From Bacteroidota bacterium (GTDB lineage Bacteria > Bacteroidota > Bacteroidia > Bacteroidales > F082), in assembly GCA_023396415.1 (NCBI GenBank), contig JAEWWJ010000114.1, positions 4,116-68,115 on the forward strand: a stretch of 64,000 nt of DNA, in the 5' to 3' direction. The position numbers and the translations under genes were made by a program. Under the pieces are notes generated by a model. That model did no database searches. It had not been told where the DNA came from and saw only the letters and a list, made by a program, of their open reading frames with translations. Shown here in pieces: positions 61,634-64,000 of this stretch. Position 1 is the stretch's first letter. Each line of letters begins with the position of its first letter.

Positions 61634-62437
61634 ATGACACACTTCAGCAACAACATCAAATTTTTGCGCAAACGACGCAACCGCACCCAAGACGACCTTG
61701 CCTTTGCGCTCAACATCAAGCGCTCAACCCTGAGCGGATATGAAAACCAAGTGGCCCAACCGGGTATGGAAAGCCTCGTTGCTTTTTCTAAATATTTCAA
61801 TGTTTCCGTTGATACACTCATTAAAGTGGACTTGTCGGGCCTCAGCGAAAGCCAACTCAATCAGCTCGAAAGAGGCTACGACGTGTATATCAGAGGCAGT
61901 AATTTGCGCGTACTCACCACCACGGTTGACAGCCAAAACAACGAAAACATTGAGCTGGTTGAAGAAAAAGCCAAGGCCGGATACACCACAGGCTTTGCCG
62001 ATCCCGAATATATTAAGGTGTTGCCTGCTTTTCACCTGCCTTTTCTTTCGAGCAGCAAAAAGTACCGCAGCTTCCAAATCAGTGGCGATTCCATGCTGCC
62101 CATCCCCGACAAGTCCTACGTTACCGGCGAATATGTCGTGGACTGGAACTTCATACGCAGCCACCAGCCTTACATCATCCTCACGCGCGATGAAGGTGTT
62201 GTGTTTAAAATTGTCGAAAACAAACTCAAAGAAGAAGGTGTCCTCGGCCTACACTCGCTCAACAGCCTTTACGAACCTTACGAACTGGCCGTGAGCGAGA
62301 TACGCGAAGTGTGGAAGTTTGTTCATTACATCAGCTCCGAAATGCCCGAACCGAACCGCGAACGCGATCCCCTTGCCGAAACAGTAAAGCAACTGCAGCA
62401 ACAAGTGCAAGCCATACAAACCAAGCTCAATCTTTAA
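61634..62437 (+). CDS. XRE-type HTH plus S24 (LexA-like) peptidase repressor
   Basis: The N-terminal HTH is IKFLRKRRNRTQDDLAFALNIKRSTLSGYENQ. The S24 catalytic region has FQISGDSMLP (Ser) and VVFKIV (Lys). A coiled-coil-like tail follows. The gene is divergent from dinB. Confidence 0.85.
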   Translation: MTHFSNNIKFLRKRRNRTQDDLAFALNIKRSTLSGYENQVAQPGMESLVAFSKYFNVSVDTLIKVDLSGLSESQLNQLERGYDVYIRGSNLRVLTTTVDSQNNENIELVEEKAKAGYTTGFADPEYIKVLPAFHLPFLSSSKKYRSFQISGDSMLPIPDKSYVTGEYVVDWNFIRSHQPYIILTRDEGVVFKIVENKLKEEGVLGLHSLNSLYEPYELAVSEIREVWKFVHYISSEMPEPNRERDPLAETVKQLQQQVQAIQTKLNL

Positions 62438-62509
62438 ACCTTTGCATTTCTGAAACAAAAAAATTACTTTTATCGCCGATAGTAAAAAACAATCCTCTAA
62501 CAAACTCTT

Positions 62510-64000
62510 ATGATACCGAAAATTTCTACCCTCGGCGGTTACATCTTCGAATACCAAAAAAGCGTTACCAACCCCACAGGCTTTTGGTCGAACATTGCAG
62601 AAAGCTTTTACTGGCGCAAAAAATGGGACCATGTTTTAGACTGGAATTTCAACAATGGCCATGTGAAATGGTTTGATGGAGCACGGCTCAACATCACCGA
62701 AAATATTTTTGAACGCCATATGTTTTTTCGTGGACAACAGCCTGCCATCGTTTGGGAGCCTAACGATCCTTCGGAAGCACACCGCAGCCTCACCTACGCC
62801 GAACTCTTCGGCGAAGTAAAACGTTTTTCTAATGTATTGATTTCCAATGGAATTAAAAAAGGAGACCGGGTTGCCATTTATATGCCTATGGTACCTGAAC
62901 TGGTGATTGCCATGCTGGCCTGCGCCCGCATTGGCGCCATACATTCGGTTACTTTTGCCGGGTTTTCCGCCCAAGCACTCAGCGAAAGACTTCAAGACGC
63001 TGGTGCCAAACTACTCATCACCTCCGATGGTGGTTATAGAGGCTCAAAAACAATTCCCATCAAGCAAATTGCTGACGAAGCCATGAACAACTGTCGCTGT
63101 GTGAGCAAAGCCATCGTTTTTCAACGTACAAAAGAAAACATCAACATGCAAGCCGGACGCGACTTCTGGTGGCATGAGCTGATGAAAGAACAAACCGATG
63201 AAAACGAAGCCGTTACCGTTGAGGCCGAAGACCCACTCTTTATTCTTTATACCAGCGGCTCCACCGGAAAACCCAAAGGATTGGTACACAGCACAGCAGG
63301 ATATATGGTGTATTCGGCTTACACCTTCCGCAATATTTTTCAATACGGTGATGGCGATGTGTATTTCTGCTCGGCTGATATCGGATGGATCACAGGTCAC
63401 TCCTATTTGGTTTACGGACCACTGTTGGCCGGAGCTACAAGCCTGATGTTCGAAGGTGTTCCCACTTGGCCTGATGCCGGTCGGTTTTGGGAAATCATTA
63501 ACAAGCACAAAGTGAACCAGTTTTATACAGCACCCACTGCCATTAGATCGCTGATGGCTCTGGGTATGGAATGGCTCGAAAACAAAGACCTCAGCTCACT
63601 CAAAGTGCTGGGAACTGTGGGCGAACCCATCAACGAGGCTGCCTGGCATTGGTACCATGACCATATCGGTAAAAACCGCTGTCCCGTTGTGGACACTTGG
63701 TGGCAAACCGAAACCGGTGGCATAATGATTAGTCCGTACGCAGGCATCACCCCAACCAAACCCTCCTATGCTACCCTTCCAGTGATGGGTATTCAGCCTG
63801 TTATTGTTGACCCACAAGGCAAGGAGCTGATGGGCAACAGCGTCGAAGGAAACTTATGCATCGGCTACCCCTGGCCTGGAATGGCCCGCACCATCTGGGG
63901 CGACCACGAACGCTTTGTGAAAACATATTTTAGTACATATGCCAACCTCTACTTTACCGGCGATGGCGCTAAACGCGATGAAGACGGCTACTACCGTATT
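62510..64000 (+). CDS. acs: Acetyl-CoA synthetase, N-terminal 497 codons (gene continues beyond window end)
   Basis: Absent from the ORF track because there is no stop in the window. It reads MIPKISTLGGYIFEYQKSVTNPTGFWSNIAESFYWRKKWD..., LFILYTSGSTGKPKGLVHSTAGYMV, WWQTETGG and YFTGDGAKRDEDGYYRI, which are classical Acs strings. Confidence 0.9.
   Translation, partial: MIPKISTLGGYIFEYQKSVTNPTGFWSNIAESFYWRKKWDHVLDWNFNNGHVKWFDGARLNITENIFERHMFFRGQQPAIVWEPNDPSEAHRSLTYAELFGEVKRFSNVLISNGIKKGDRVAIYMPMVPELVIAMLACARIGAIHSVTFAGFSAQALSERLQDAGAKLLITSDGGYRGSKTIPIKQIADEAMNNCRCVSKAIVFQRTKENINMQAGRDFWWHELMKEQTDENEAVTVEAEDPLFILYTSGSTGKPKGLVHSTAGYMVYSAYTFRNIFQYGDGDVYFCSADIGWITGHSYLVYGPLLAGATSLMFEGVPTWPDAGRFWEIINKHKVNQFYTAPTAIRSLMALGMEWLENKDLSSLKVLGTVGEPINEAAWHWYHDHIGKNRCPVVDTWWQTETGGIMISPYAGITPTKPSYATLPVMGIQPVIVDPQGKELMGNSVEGNLCIGYPWPGMARTIWGDHERFVKTYFSTYANLYFTGDGAKRDEDGYYRI

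Overview
This is a Bacteroidota-type chromosomal segment. The evidence is many TAnnTTTG -7 promoter boxes, several T9SS C-terminal sorting domains and many lipoprotein signals. I call about 37 protein genes, one tRNA-Pro(CGG), two probable pseudogenes, several intrinsic terminators, and no rRNA, CRISPR, transposase or integrase. Two genes run off the window edges and are absent from the ORF track: an AsmA-like gene at 1..1624 (-) and acs at 62510..64000 (+). Housekeeping content: a DnaQ-DnaE fusion polymerase, trxA, speA plus a PfkB kinase, a YhaM/CyuA-like desulfidase, a C69 dipeptidase, DPP-IV, a GGGP-synthase-like gene, an AI-2E transporter, a DUF58 protein, a Pif1/RecD-like helicase, a receiver plus hybrid histidine kinase plus FG-GAP operon, and a divergent DinB / XRE-S24 repressor pair. 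Accessory content: three T9SS-sorted surface proteins, an endonuclease I gene followed by a lamin-tail-domain T9SS giant and a tiny CTERM-like protein, and the most interesting part, three loci for large surface proteins ending in an LruC-type domain. Each LruC protein is tied to a ~120 aa lipoprotein module, which occurs as a separate upstream gene at 28520 and 32675, as an orphan copy at 31673, and apparently fused at 10453..13578. All of these loci, and the response-regulator/hybrid-kinase operon at 51.5 kb, carry the same composite inverted repeat (A)TTCC-N7-GGAAT-N2-ATTCC about 112-133 nt upstream of the start codon. That suggests one uncharacterised regulon and surface-display system. 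All functional calls come from motif recognition by eye; no searches were run.
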